This document shows, piece by piece, positions 62,911 through 64,000 of a DNA stretch of 64,000 nucleotides. The notes beneath the pieces were generated by a model. It searched no databases, was not told the DNA's origin, and saw nothing but the letters and a program-made list of their open reading frames with translations. Positions within the stretch are counted from its first letter, which is position 1. Each line of letters starts with the position of its first letter. The DNA comes from Macrostomum lignano (taxonomy: Eukaryota), in assembly GCA_002269645.1 (NCBI GenBank), contig NIVC01000319.1, forward strand, positions 613,871-677,870. The letters run 5' to 3'. Position numbers and translations under genes: made by a program.

Positions 62911-63396
62911 CTGGCGCTGGATGTCTCTAGCGACAACCTGCTGCCGGCTCTGCTCTCCCGGCTGCCCCGCCTGCGCTGCCTTCACCTCACCGGCAGCAGC
63001 CGCCTGACCCGCCAGGCCTGGGCGAACCTGCGCGCTTGGCCAGCCGCGACCCCGCCTGACTTGCAGGAGCTCGCGCTGCTTGGCTGCGCCTTCCGTGGCG
63101 TCACGGACGACGCCGTGGCCGACCTGAGCGCCAGTCCGATTGCCAGAGGCCTGCGGCGGCTCGCTCTGTGCAAAAGCTTCTTCTTGACCTCCGCCGCTCT
63201 CGCCAGCCTCTCCAGCGGCTGCCCCTGGCTGCCCAGCCTGTGTCTGCGCGGCCTGCGCAGCCTCGAGGCCTCCGATCTGCGAGCCTTCCGCTCCGGCTTC
63301 GAGCATCAGGTGAACATCGAGCTGGAGAACTGGCCTGTCTGGGGGTCCGAGCCCTGGCTTGCAAGCCGGGTGAGTCCCTGATTTCTGTAGCTCTGC

Positions 63397-64000
63397 TTTT
63401 TTTTCTTCACTCCGACCTCCGACCGCCCGCAGGCGGCCGGGCGCGGGCCGGGTGGCCGCCAGGGTCGTCGATGGGCGGCTCGGTCCGACCCACCCTCTTG
63501 AGGTAGTCACAGATGAGGGCGCCGCCACCCTCGAGAACGTCGTTCCAGGAAATGACCACCCCGCCCCAGGTGCGGATGCGGGCCTGGTGGTGGCAGGGGC
63601 AGTAGAGCATAAGATGATCGACCGAGTCCGGTTCTCCGCAGTCGCGCATCGGTCGTTCTGAGCGAGGCCGAACCGAAACAGGGTGTCGCGAGTCAGGGGG
63701 GATTTCTTAGTGCGGATTTGGCTGACCGTCACCTGGCCCCACCTGGGAAGGTCATCGTGGCCTGGCGTCGGAGTCAGGTGCGGATGCGTGCGGTCCCGCG
63801 CAGTTCTCCAATTGGACAGTACGTGGCGGACGGCATTTTTGGCGGAGGCCTGGGAAAGTTGCGCGTGTTCGGTTCCAATTCTGCAGCTTCGCGGGCGAGG
63901 GCGTCCGCCGCCTCGTTACCAGCAATGTCCGCTGGCCAGAACCCATTGGAAGTGGAGCCTGGTCTGAGCTGGGAGGTCGGTGATGAGTCGCCAGATCGTG
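63397..64000 (-). mobile_element. 3' end of a second, near-identical I/Ingi-like LINE copy (continues beyond the window)
   Basis: Matches ~39368-39980 with few differences; starts 15 bp after the unit G stop. Confidence 0.9.

Larger units (their letters stand above)
60867..63381 (+). pseudogene. F-box/LRR unit G; exons 60867-61468, 62154-62570, ~62911-63381; frameshift near 61287, last acceptor missing
   Basis: Diverged F-box IERLSDALLTRILSELD; LRR exons homologous to paralogs; in-frame TGA at 62902 just before last-exon sequence. Confidence 0.8.

Noticed and set aside
36645-63732. Many minus-strand ORFs over the F-box/LRR genes
   Set aside because: Antisense shadows of GC-rich exons with no independent motifs

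Overview
This is eukaryotic (animal) genomic DNA, with spliceosomal GT-AG genes, GC-rich exons and introns full of minisatellites. A long annexin repeat II/III linker and the overall style suggest a flatworm such as Macrostomum (inference, not verified). The left half (1-36.5 kb) holds a RING-less TRAF gene (-), a claudin/PMP22-like gene (+), a decayed annexin gene (-) and a small secreted single-WSC gene (-). It also holds an immediate-early-type promoter with no clear ORF and many transposons: hAT and Tc1/mariner MITEs, an internally deleted mariner, a full-length Mag-type Gypsy and LINEs. The right half (36.6-64 kb) is a tandem, same-strand array of eight F-box/LRR units: three with open reading frames across the exons I could define, three damaged full-length copies and two orphan single-exon fragments. 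A 76-nt F-box core is identical in four copies and the last exon is conserved, while the LRRs between are highly divergent and mosaic. This is the best candidate for an undescribed system: a diversifying SCF-adaptor (possibly intracellular immune receptor) repertoire. A second theme is that repeats, insertions and deletions keep hitting splice sites. All exon models were built by hand, and single-base frameshifts could be assembly errors.
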